Below are positions 11,023-20,168 of a stretch of 64,000 nt of DNA, piece by piece (position 1 is the stretch's first letter; each line of letters opens with the position of its first letter). Made by a program: the position numbers and the translations under genes. The stretch is from Azolla caroliniana (lineage: Eukaryota > Plantae > Polypodiophyta). The stretch is taken from the NCBI GenBank assembly GCA_043228905.1, contig JBHGNT010000014.1, forward strand, positions 14,012,001 through 14,076,000. The letters run 5' to 3'. The notes under the pieces are model-generated. The model did no database searches, was not told the DNA's origin, and saw only the letters and a list, made by a program, of their open reading frames with translations.

Positions 11023-13209
11023 TCCACCCCCACCAAACCCGCACATCCTCCGGTATGTGCCGAGAAAGGTGAAGAGGTCAGATCTTTGGCAACGGTGATC
11101 AACCGAGTTCCTCTGCACGCTCGTCGACTTCATCTTCCACTTCGAGTATGCGCAATCTTTCCAACCGAACCACCGTAGCCACCTGATCCACCATATCCGG
11201 CGCTCACACCTTCTTCCCCGATCGGTTGTAGTAGATCTACCGAACGATGTCGTCGATACGACCGCTCTTCCTTCGTCCACCGCGCGTGTCCTTCGATTGG
11301 AATCCTGGCCACTCCTCACGCTCACCGTCTTCAACTGGGTATTGTAGATCGTTCGTGTCGATCTCCGATTAGGCCGGGTTTGCCCTTGTCCGGATCGGTC
11401 TCCACCGATCGCTTCTTGGCTTGGTTGGCCTTCGTCTGCATTCACATTTCCCCGGGTCGGGCTCGACCGATTGATTCTGGCTGGGTCGGCCCCCTTTTGG
11501 ATCGGAATCGTCCGATCGATTTTCGCCGAATCAGGTTTCGGCCGGGTCGGCCCCGGTCGATCGGCTCCCATGTGGATCTTCCTTCGTTCGGGTCGGAATC
11601 CCGGCCGGATCGTCTTCCGGTTCAACCGGTTCTCGACTCTTCCTTCCTTCCCGCATGCAACCTCTCCATCGAACTCAACCGCAGCTTCATCCTTGGCCTC
11701 CACGTCGGCCATATCCTTCCCTCTGTGTATGCTCGCCTCGAGCCATATTGTCTCCTCTTCGCCACCTCCTTTATCTTCGGTCTTATGTCGACACACGGTC
11801 TCGACTGCCGAAGTCTCCGGAACCAGTGTGAAGGAATCCCTTCGTTCATTTACATTTACCTTGTCTTCTTCATCGCCCTTCCGGTCGTCCTCTTTTTTGT
11901 CCACACATTCTGTCTCTCCGGTCTCACGTTGGCGCACGTGCACAACTGCCGAAGTCTCTAGAATAGGTGTGGGGATATCCTTTCTTCCTCGATCTTCTTC
12001 CTCTTTGTGTTGGGCCTTTGTCTTCCCGTCACCACCTTCCGTCTCTCCGGTCTCACGTTGGCACATGGGCGCAACCGCCGAAGTCTCTGGAACAAGCGTG
12101 AAGAAAGTGTCGACATGGCTATCCGTCGTCGTCTCATCCATAGCCACCTCCGACTCGATGTTGTTTGTCATGGCTACCTCCTCAATCTCTTCAGACTCAA
12201 ACAGTTTTTCTCCCTCGATCATGCAAGCTTTTCTCATGCTTGCGCCGTCATCACCCGATGTTTCGTACACAATGCGTGTTCCGAAACATTTATCCTCCCT
12301 CGAAGTGGCGTTTGCCGTCCTCGAGTCATCGGCCTCCTCCTTCGCCGTCGTTTCTTTGTAAGACAAGAAGGTGACTTGTTTCACACCTTCTCTCTCGGTA
12401 CCGTCATACCGAACCTTAGCCTTTGTATCGGCCACTTCATTAACCCGCATTTGTTGGGAGGTCTCTTCTTCCTCGATCACCATTTGCCTCGGTTTTGTCT
12501 CCCTTTTAAGCTTCATTTCTTTTGTTGGTGGCGCGTTGTTGCATCTTGTCCCTCTTCGATCGTCCCTCATGAGCCGTCTTGTTGTCGTCGATATTCTCGC
12601 TTGCCCCTTATCGTGTAGTCGGCATACACTTTCCACTTTGCTCCAATCCTCGATGAGGCCATTTGCACCATCATCTTCTTCGAGTTTGAGACCGATCGCC
12701 ATCCTTTGCATTCGATCGATTGACTTCACGAACATAAGGACCTTATCAACCCCCACCAATCTTTGTTCCCGCTCCGACAATTGAGAAAATTGATGCTCGA
12801 AGTCTACGAATGCTTGTGTCGCGCCTTGGTGGGTCTTCGCTGATGTCACCCATTGGTCGAAGTTGCGTCGATCTTGTCCCTTCTGCCTCTCATAGCCATA
12901 TTCCTCCAATAGAGCCTTCTTGAAAGTCGCCCACGAATCATGAGCTTCTAGAAGCTCTGTTACATCTTTGAAGATCGGTTGAGACACCACCCGACAAAAG
13001 TACTCTAGCCTCATAGCTTTGTCCACACCTCTTGAATCCATCTCCGCATTGTAGACTTTTAGGAAACTTTGGACTTCGGCACCGTTGAAATAGCTCATTC
13101 GTTCGACTACTTTGTCGACGGCTTGTTGGGCTTCATTTCTTCTTTTCTCTTCTCTCAGAAACTCCATCATCCTTCTTGACATTGCCTCCATGAGATATTC
13201 GCCATCCAT
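10984..13209 (-). CDS. Gag-like protein (741 aa), D1 unit 1
   Basis: One amino-acid difference (H/D) from 8109..10334. Confidence 0.85.
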   Translation of the reverse strand: MDGEYLMEAMSRRMMEFLREEKRRNEAQQAVDKVVERMSYFNGAEVQSFLKVYNAEMDSRGVDKAMRLEYFCRVVSQPIFKDVTELLEAHDSWATFKKALLEEYGYERQKGQDRRNFDQWVTSAKTHQGATQAFVDFEHQFSQLSEREQRLVGVDKVLMFVKSIDRMQRMAIGLKLEEDDGANGLIEDWSKVESVCRLHDKGQARISTTTRRLMRDDRRGTRCNNAPPTKEMKLKRETKPRQMVIEEEETSQQMRVNEVADTKAKVRYDGTEREGVKQVTFLSYKETTAKEEADDSRTANATSREDKCFGTRIVYETSGDDGASMRKACMIEGEKLFESEEIEEVAMTNNIESEVAMDETTTDSHVDTFFTLVPETSAVAPMCQRETGETEGGDGKTKAQHKEEEDRGRKDIPTPILETSAVVHVRQRETGETECVDKKEDDRKGDEEDKVNVNERRDSFTLVPETSAVETVCRHKTEDKGGGEEETIWLEASIHRGKDMADVEAKDEAAVEFDGEVACGKEGRVENRLNRKTIRPGFRPERRKIHMGADRPGPTRPKPDSAKIDRTIPIQKGADPARINRSSPTRGNVNADEGQPSQEAIGGDRSGQGQTRPNRRSTRTIYNTQLKTVSVRSGQDSNRRTRAVDEGRAVVSTTSFGRSTTTDRGRRCERRIWWIRWLRWFGWKDCAYSKWKMKSTSVQRNSVDHRCQRSDLFTFLGTYRRMCGFGGGGCRDDFRLRCETE

Positions 13210-13253
13210 CTTCGTCCTCCCCTGCTGCTCTTCACGTCGGGTTCACCAAATGA

Positions 13254-13897
13254 TGTCGCGAAGATTCGCGCGTGCGTGTGCTACTCGAGCGACCACCGGG
13301 GTCTTGGACTGGGGAGGACGTTCGCGGAATTATCGATGCTAGATGACGATCAATGTAAGATTAGATGAAATTGGTTTACTTGAGAAGGAGAAAAATTGTA
13401 CACTTGAGAAGTAGAAAATAATGAAGAAGATAAAGACAAATATAATTATATTGATGATAATGGTGTTGGTGATATCACATATTGAGCCCCCCTTACACAA
13501 GCCCAACTAGAGGCTTTTATAGGTCTTTCCATGCTCGTGACATGCACAAAACCATGGGCTAAAACCATGGTTTTGTGCACACGGTTTTGCTTATGTCATG
13601 CACAAACCATGGGTTTAAAACCATGGTTTTGTGCACATGGTTTTCTATGGTTGTTTCGTCTATAATTTGTATATGAAAAGGAAATACATATAATCTACAC
13701 TATATGATAGTTGTCCTAGTGGTAAGGCAATTATCTTGTATGTTAGAGGTGCAAGGTTCAATCCTTGCTTGCACCCCTCTGTATGAACTCAAGTGCCACT
13801 AGGCTAGGTTTATTTGCTAAGTGCATGTGCAATGTTGCACATCCTTGGTTTATTCGTCTCACTCGGTTTCACACCGTAGCCGAAAATCGTCACGACA
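13254..13897 (-). repeat. D1 5' LTR
   Basis: Followed on the minus strand by PBS TGGTGAACCCGACGTGAA. Confidence 0.95.
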
Positions 13898-13901
13898 TCG
13901 T

Positions 13902-14186
13902 GCCACCGAGGAACTGCATGGGGCCTGCCCGAACGTGTGAGTCAAGATCGGCGACTTCGAGATTGACCAGCACTTCTTCGTACAGGAAACGTCTTCGCAC
14001 CCGGTCATATTAGGCGAACCATACATCACGGCGGCGCGAATGGAGACCAAGGTGCTAGACAACGGTTTGGCCTACGCAAGGGTCAAAAGCCAGGACGGGC
14101 GCCATTCGGTCCAATTTCTGACCGTGAGACCGAACCACGAGCAGAACCGCGAATCCCTTGGTGGCGAGAACCGGGAGGATTTTTAG
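13902..14186 (+). pseudogene. C protease, 3' part, ending GAT TTT TAG
   Basis: ATEELHGACPNV..HPVILGEPYIT..GENREDF*; matches the end of H ORF 51686..52603. Confidence 0.88.
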
Positions 14187-16656
14187 AGAGGGCTGCCAAG
14201 GCGTGGGGCCGAGACAGTCCGGACACTTGGGAAAGACCCCACAGTTGTACGATAGAAACGAAACCGAAGAAACCCTGTACGATAAGAAAGGGATTTTACT
14301 TCTCCGACGATTGAGGGTGTATGTTAGTCGACATTGTTGGCCGAGAAAAGGCAAGGGAGGAAATGCGACTTCGAGCGTGCGGAGTTCTCGGCCCGGACGA
14401 GGAAATCAGCGGAGCCGTGGAGGCGGTCTCCTTCGACGACACCTTGGGAATGCTGAGGAAGGTAGCCGGAGAAGACCTTAACGAAGGCCGGACGATACCG
14501 GTATGTTACGAAGAGATGTACGAAGTCATCGCGAACTTCAGTCGGGGGCTCGGGTCGGATCGGACGGCCCGAGTTAGCACAAAGTACAAGGCTGTGGACC
14601 GGAAGGTAAGGCCAGTCGCGGCACCCTTACCGGAGGGCAGCGAGTCCCGGATCAGAGGGGTTGCGTCGAACCCCAGTTTACGAGATCCGGTCTGCATAGG
14701 ACACACCTTCACCGACGGGACGCTCCGGGAGCTCAAAATCGGTGGGGGCGGGTTCCTACTACCGGCAGAGGAAGACCGGTTTCGGAGGATGCTCGGAAGG
14801 CACGGGAAAGCCTTCACATTCTCACCGGAAGAGATCGGGTGCGTAGACCCGACGATCGTGGAGCCGATGGTGATATTCACGGTACCGCATGTGCCGTGGA
14901 ATCTCAAGCCGATCCCGGTACCGAGAGCTCACATCCTGAAGTTGATGGAGCTATTGAGGCAGAAAGTAGATATGGGCATTCTCGAACCGTCGAGTGCCCC
15001 ATACTCGAACCGATGGTTTACCGTACCAAAGAAAAACGGAACGATGCGCTTCATTCAAGACCTGCAGCCGGTCAACAGAGTGACCATTCGGAACGCAGGA
15101 ATCGGACCGACCATAGACGAGTTCGCGGAGGCCTTCGCCGGAAGGTCAATTTACTCGGTCGGTGATCTGTACTCGGTGTACGACCAGTTCCAGCTAGCCG
15201 TGGAGAGCAGAGACATTACGACGATGCGAACTCCACTCGGCCTAGTGCGAATGTGTACCCTGCCACAAGGAGGGACCAATTCGGTGGCCCACATGGTGAA
15301 TACAATGAACAAGGTACTGAGGGATTGCATCCCGGACATCACCATGCCATTTCTAGACGACATTCCGATCAAGGGGTGCCCGGTAGAAGAGAGGGACGCA
15401 ACACTCGGACCGGACGGATGCCGGCGATTCGTGGCAACACACATCGACGACTGCGAGAAGGTGCTACAGAGGCTAGAGGATGCGAGGCTCACCTTCTCCG
15501 GGGAGAAATCGGCCTTCGGGCAATCGGAAATCCTGGTGGTCGGACACCTATGTGGACCATATGGCCGGAAGCCGTCTCCGGCAAAGGTAGAAGCCATCTC
15601 CGCGATGAAGACCGATTGTAGCTCGGTGACGGAAGTTCGGAGGTTCCTGGGGGCATGCGCGTTCTACCACATATGGATCCCGCATTACGCCCACGTGGCG
15701 GAGCCGCTATACGGGTTGCTAAAGAAAGGGCGAAAATTCGAGTGGCGAGACGAGCACACGGAGTCTGTCCGGAAGCTGAAGGAAGCTCTTGCGGCAGCAC
15801 CGATGCTCCGGAAGGCTGTCTACGAGAAAGGTACCCCAGTATACATAACAGTGGATACGAGTCCGACCGGGATCGGGTGGGTCGTCAACCAAGAAGACGA
15901 GGACGGCATTCGGTTCCCGATCCGATTCGGCGGGAAGGTTCTCAGTGAACGACAGCGAGGGTACGCCCAGGTTAAACGCGAACTCTGGGGTATCGTTTCG
16001 GCAGTAAAGGCCGACAAAGACTACTTGATCGGGACAGAAGTGGTTATCGAGACGGATTGCCTACCGATTCTCGGCATGGTTTCCGGATGCGCGACACCGG
16101 ACCTGGCGATGCTCAGGTGGATAGCGTACATCAAGTCCCTGGACCCGGAAATACGACACATTTCCGGAAAAGACAACGCCATGGCCGACATGCTTTCGAG
16201 GGCGAGGTTTGATGACGAGGGCGGCATGGTTTCGGAGGACGAAGAAGTCGGCGTGGACTTCTTCGAGGCAGCATACGTAACGGCCGATGGGACGAGCACT
16301 CTGGCACTTAACGACTTCGACGAGAGCAAGTGGCTCCAGATCGGTGGGTTTTTGAGGACGATGACGCCGGATGTGTCATGGACGAGGGACGAGGGTTTAG
16401 GATTCGGAAGAAAGCATACCGATTCTTTCTCCGGGAAGGATACTTATGGAAGCACCCGAAGAAGAGGAACGGCGTCCCGCTCCGGGTGGTAGCAATGAAG
16501 GAAGAACAAGAGGAGCTGTTGACGACCTACCACGACAGCCCTTAGGCTGGACACCGTGGAACGTGGGCCACGTTCGAGAAGATAAAGGGGAAGTACTGGT
16601 GGTCGGGGCTGTACCGGGACGTGCATCGGTTCGTGACAACTTGCGAGAGCTGTCAG
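14183..16656 (+). pseudogene. C pol: RT, RNase H and integrase zinc finger (stops at 14312 and 16543, frameshift near 16395)
   Basis: ORF 14321..16492 contains RFIQDLQPVN, LPQGGTNS, PFLDDIPIKG, VDTSPTGIG and NAMADMLSR. Confidence 0.93.
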
Positions 16657-17074
16657 TGTTATTCTCTGACCGGACAAGGCCTAACACAAGGTGTCACGGA
16701 GACACTTCTCCAAAGGGTGATTACGGCATAGGATTAAGACTCAACGATTACACCGACTTACGTAGGTTACACGATTAGAGCGCTTTTGTTAATTACACGC
16801 GTAAGATATAACAGTAGTTACAGAACGGAATCAACACAGAAGTATAAACACCATAAGCTCTATTAATTATCCGCTGCGATTACAATGGGGTCCGGGCCTT
16901 TAAATAGGTTTCCGGCCCGTAGTACAAAACGGTGCCTATCGCACCTATTCGGGATCCGTCCGGATCTGGAACGGCATACCGTTTCCAGTCCGTCCGTCCA
17001 CACTATGCTTATTTACAACCATACTTAATTAATTCCTTCACTCCGTATTTTGGACTCCTTGCCGGTCGGTAACA
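16657..17074 (-). repeat. E 3' LTR
   Basis: TGTTA..TAACA; direct repeat of 25973-26390. Confidence 0.97.
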
Positions 17075-17076
17075 CA

Positions 17077-17114
17077 TGGCACGCCCGTGGGACAGTACCT
17101 TGTACGTCGAACCC
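17077..17114 (-). other. tRNA-Arg 3'-end-like module at the position normally occupied by the PPT
   Basis: Element sense reads GGGTTCGA-CGTACAAGGTACT-GTCCCACGGGCGTGCCA-TG-LTR. Confidence 0.75.
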
Positions 17115-17126
17115 TTCTCGGCCCCT

Positions 17127-20096
17127 TCATTGTTCACCCAAATTGTCCAAAATAGTTTGTTCCAGAGTTTCCACTTGTTCTTCCGGTTGTGGTTGCTGCG
17201 GCTGTGCTTGCTGCTGCTGCTGTGGTTGCGGTTGGGACTGAGGCTGCTCCGGCTGCTCTATAGGCGGCTGCTCCGTTTGTTTCTCTGACTCCGGCATCTC
17301 CGTCTGACTGCTTTCGGTCCGGTCTCCTTCCAGTAACGGTTCCTCATCACTGAGGTTGACCGTAACCGGTTCTCGTGCTTTCTCTTCCCGGATCCGGGAC
17401 CTCTCGTAGCTTTCAAACTGGATCTGCGCCTCCAGCCTATCGTCGTCCAGCTGAGCTACAAGTTGCCGGACCTGCCCTAGTTGGTCCTCTGCCAAGGCTT
17501 GAAAGTCTTCGGCCAGCTCATCTCTTATGCCGGTGAAGTCTTCGGAAGTCAGCATATAGCAATCATCACCCTCCTTCCGCCGGTTCTCTACGTCGGCCCG
17601 GAGCAATTGGAGTTCCGCCGCGTTCGTGGCCCACTTGGTCCACCATTTGACGGAACCGTTGTCAATCAAGCTCTTGGTCTGGTTCAACCAGGCCCGCATG
17701 ATATCCTGGATGCGACTTGCTCCCATTTGCGCTCTACTTTCCACAACTTGTCGTTCCTCCTTCAACTGCTTGATGAGATTAGCCGTATCCTCCGCCTGCT
17801 CTCTGTAGCGCGTCAGCTGCCCTTGATATGTTGTCTGTAGCCTCTGCAGTACCTCCGCTGCTCTTTCTTTTTCCGCCTGCTGTTGCCTGAGGAGCTCTGT
17901 CCGAACCTTCTCCGCCTCTTCCAACTGTCTTCTGGTTTCCGCTTGTTCATTAGCGTATGCCATTGCGGTCCGATCAACTACTTGCCGGAGCTCATCCGTC
18001 CGTTCCTTGTGCTCCGTTTGCAACCGTTTATACTCCCGGTGCAAGTGCTCAAATTCCTCCGTTTTTTGTTTGAGCTTGCCGTTGATCTGGCGATGGTTCC
18101 GGTCCTCCCGGTCCTTTAGCTGCCGGAGTTCCTCTTTCAGGCGCTCTACTTCTGTTTCGGCGTTTCTCCGGAGCCTGTCCTTCTCTTGCAGCATTTTCTC
18201 CTTCTCTTCCTTGAGCCAGTCGTACGCTTGGTGGCCTTTTCGTAAGCTCTCCTCGGCTCGGCGTAAATTGTCAGCAGTCTTTTTGAGTTCTGCCTCCGCT
18301 GCCGTCTTCAATTCTCTTTCGCGGCTCCTCAGCGCTTCTTGGGCAGCTAGCTCATCCTTTAAGTCCGCAAGCTCTTGGGCTTGTGCCGCATTTCTCTCCG
18401 GAACGGTTTCCGTTGCCGGGGTCTGATTGCTATGTACAGGTTGATCTGACGCTTTATTCTGTACATTGCCCGGAGTCACCGGTGCTTGGACTTGTGTTGT
18501 CAAAGCCAATTGAGCCATTTCCCTTGTGACCCTGTCCAAGTCTTGTTCAAGGCTCCGGATTTTGGACCGGGCCGTCTCTAGATCTACGGTTGTGACGAGC
18601 AACCGTTCGTGGTGCGCTCTCTCCTCCGCCTCTATGTACTCGACCGCTCCGGCGATCTGCTCGCCTACCCACCGTAGCCACATGCTACTGGTGCCTTGCT
18701 GCTGTACTGGTCGGGTCGGCTCGTTCACCGTGGAATTGTCTGGCCTGAGTGCCTGTATCTGCCGTTCTGGTTCTACTCCTTGGCCGCTGTGTGTGCTGGC
18801 TGGGCTCGCCGGCTGTTGGGTTCCGGTTCTCGCCGTCTCCGGAGCCGTTGGAATGACTTCTGGTATAGAAGTCGACAAGGCCGGTTCTATACGAACCGGT
18901 TCCGGTTCCTCCCTTGTGGTTTGCTCAGGTTGAGTTGGGGGCGTTTCTTCCTTTCGCGGGTCCGAACGCTCCCCCGCTGTCCCGGCGGTGCTACTTCTTG
19001 ACCGTCGTTGGAGGTGCTCCTCTGGCTCCTCCATTTCCTCTTCCTGGGTAACGGCATGTTTCTGTGCCGTCAAGGGTTCCGGTTCCTTTTGTCCCGGTCG
19101 CCGTATGGTTATCTTAACGGGTAGGACCGGTGACACCTCCTCCGGTTCTGGGAGCCGTTTCTTCCCTTTCGTCGCCTTCGACGCCAGCAGCTGCTGTTGT
19201 TTGGACGCGGGCTTCGAGGTGCTTCCTTCCGATAATCTTGGCCGCTTCTTTGGCTGAACGGTCTCGACCGGCGGCACGAGCAATGTTATCCACTGAGCTA
19301 CGGCATGCCACAGCTTCCGGCCCTCCTTGCCGTCCTTTCCTCGTACCATGTCGATTGCCGCGCACAAACCGTCTGCAATCAACACCGGCCAGTCCACCTT
19401 GTTCCCTTCATAGGTGGCTATGATCATCCCTGCCCGAGTTTTTGGCATGACAGGGGGTCGGGGGTACACGTGGTCGTACTCATGGAGCACTCGAGCTATC
19501 TCCCTGAATAGCGGATCTTCGCCGCCCTGCGTTCGATAGCCTTTGCCGGCTACAGAGTACTCACCGAAATATCGGATGAGTTGCTCCGAGGTTGGGTTAT
19601 CAATCTGAAAAATACCTCCCTCCGGAAGGCCTGTTAGCGCACGGATCGCTTCCTCGGTGATGACTTCTGTGTCGAGCTCCTTGATGACCCGGTCGGCTTC
19701 TTTGTGCGGTGGTGCCTCCATGATGGTCAAGAACCCATCCAGTCCGTGTTGCCTGAGCCATTTCCTGGCCGCTTCCGACAGCGTTTGTGGTTCCATGTTT
19801 GCTTCGAGGTCGAGGAAAGATGGCGAGGTAGAGTGGTGATGAGAGTGAGAGCGAGAGAGAGAGCGTTCCGAACGTGGGGGTTCTCTGAGTGCAGGTTCGC
19901 GTTTGCTAAGCTTCCACTGCCTTGGTGCTTCTGTGCTTCTTGGCTCGCGAAAAAAAAAGGTCTCCATGCGTTCTTCTTTTTCTCTGTGCATCTTGGCGCC
20001 TTTTCCGAGCATGCACACGTCGTGTACCATTTTAGTATTAAGTAGCGTGGCGGCTCTTAAATGCCCACTTCGTACCTTTTCGCTCCTTGCTTTCAC
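17127..20096 (-). CDS. Extra ORF of E (up to 989 aa; globular N-domain, disordered linker, long coiled coil); true start codon uncertain
   Basis: Intact ORF between pol and the 3' LTR; homologous to the broken ORF in F. Confidence 0.85.
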   Translation of the reverse strand: MKARSEKVRSGHLRAATLLNTKMVHDVCMLGKGAKMHREKEERMETFFFREPRSTEAPRQWKLSKREPALREPPRSERSLSRSHSHHHSTSPSFLDLEANMEPQTLSEAARKWLRQHGLDGFLTIMEAPPHKEADRVIKELDTEVITEEAIRALTGLPEGGIFQIDNPTSEQLIRYFGEYSVAGKGYRTQGGEDPLFREIARVLHEYDHVYPRPPVMPKTRAGMIIATYEGNKVDWPVLIADGLCAAIDMVRGKDGKEGRKLWHAVAQWITLLVPPVETVQPKKRPRLSEGSTSKPASKQQQLLASKATKGKKRLPEPEEVSPVLPVKITIRRPGQKEPEPLTAQKHAVTQEEEMEEPEEHLQRRSRSSTAGTAGERSDPRKEETPPTQPEQTTREEPEPVRIEPALSTSIPEVIPTAPETARTGTQQPASPASTHSGQGVEPERQIQALRPDNSTVNEPTRPVQQQGTSSMWLRWVGEQIAGAVEYIEAEERAHHERLLVTTVDLETARSKIRSLEQDLDRVTREMAQLALTTQVQAPVTPGNVQNKASDQPVHSNQTPATETVPERNAAQAQELADLKDELAAQEALRSRERELKTAAEAELKKTADNLRRAEESLRKGHQAYDWLKEEKEKMLQEKDRLRRNAETEVERLKEELRQLKDREDRNHRQINGKLKQKTEEFEHLHREYKRLQTEHKERTDELRQVVDRTAMAYANEQAETRRQLEEAEKVRTELLRQQQAEKERAAEVLQRLQTTYQGQLTRYREQAEDTANLIKQLKEERQVVESRAQMGASRIQDIMRAWLNQTKSLIDNGSVKWWTKWATNAAELQLLRADVENRRKEGDDCYMLTSEDFTGIRDELAEDFQALAEDQLGQVRQLVAQLDDDRLEAQIQFESYERSRIREEKAREPVTVNLSDEEPLLEGDRTESSQTEMPESEKQTEQPPIEQPEQPQSQPQPQQQQQAQPQQPQPEEQVETLEQTILDNLGEQ

Positions 20097-20168
20097 GTCC
20101 GTTCATACCTCGATTTTTAATGTTTTTTTTTATTTTTATTTTTATTTTTTTAATGACGGTATGTGATC

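Larger units (their letters stand above)
7504..13897 (-). mobile_element. Element D1: non-autonomous gag-only LTR element in tandem form LTR-int-LTR-int-LTR (period 2875 bp)
   Basis: Three 644-bp LTRs, Trp PBS and PPT in each unit, flanks GCGT/TCGT, no pol. Confidence 0.95.
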
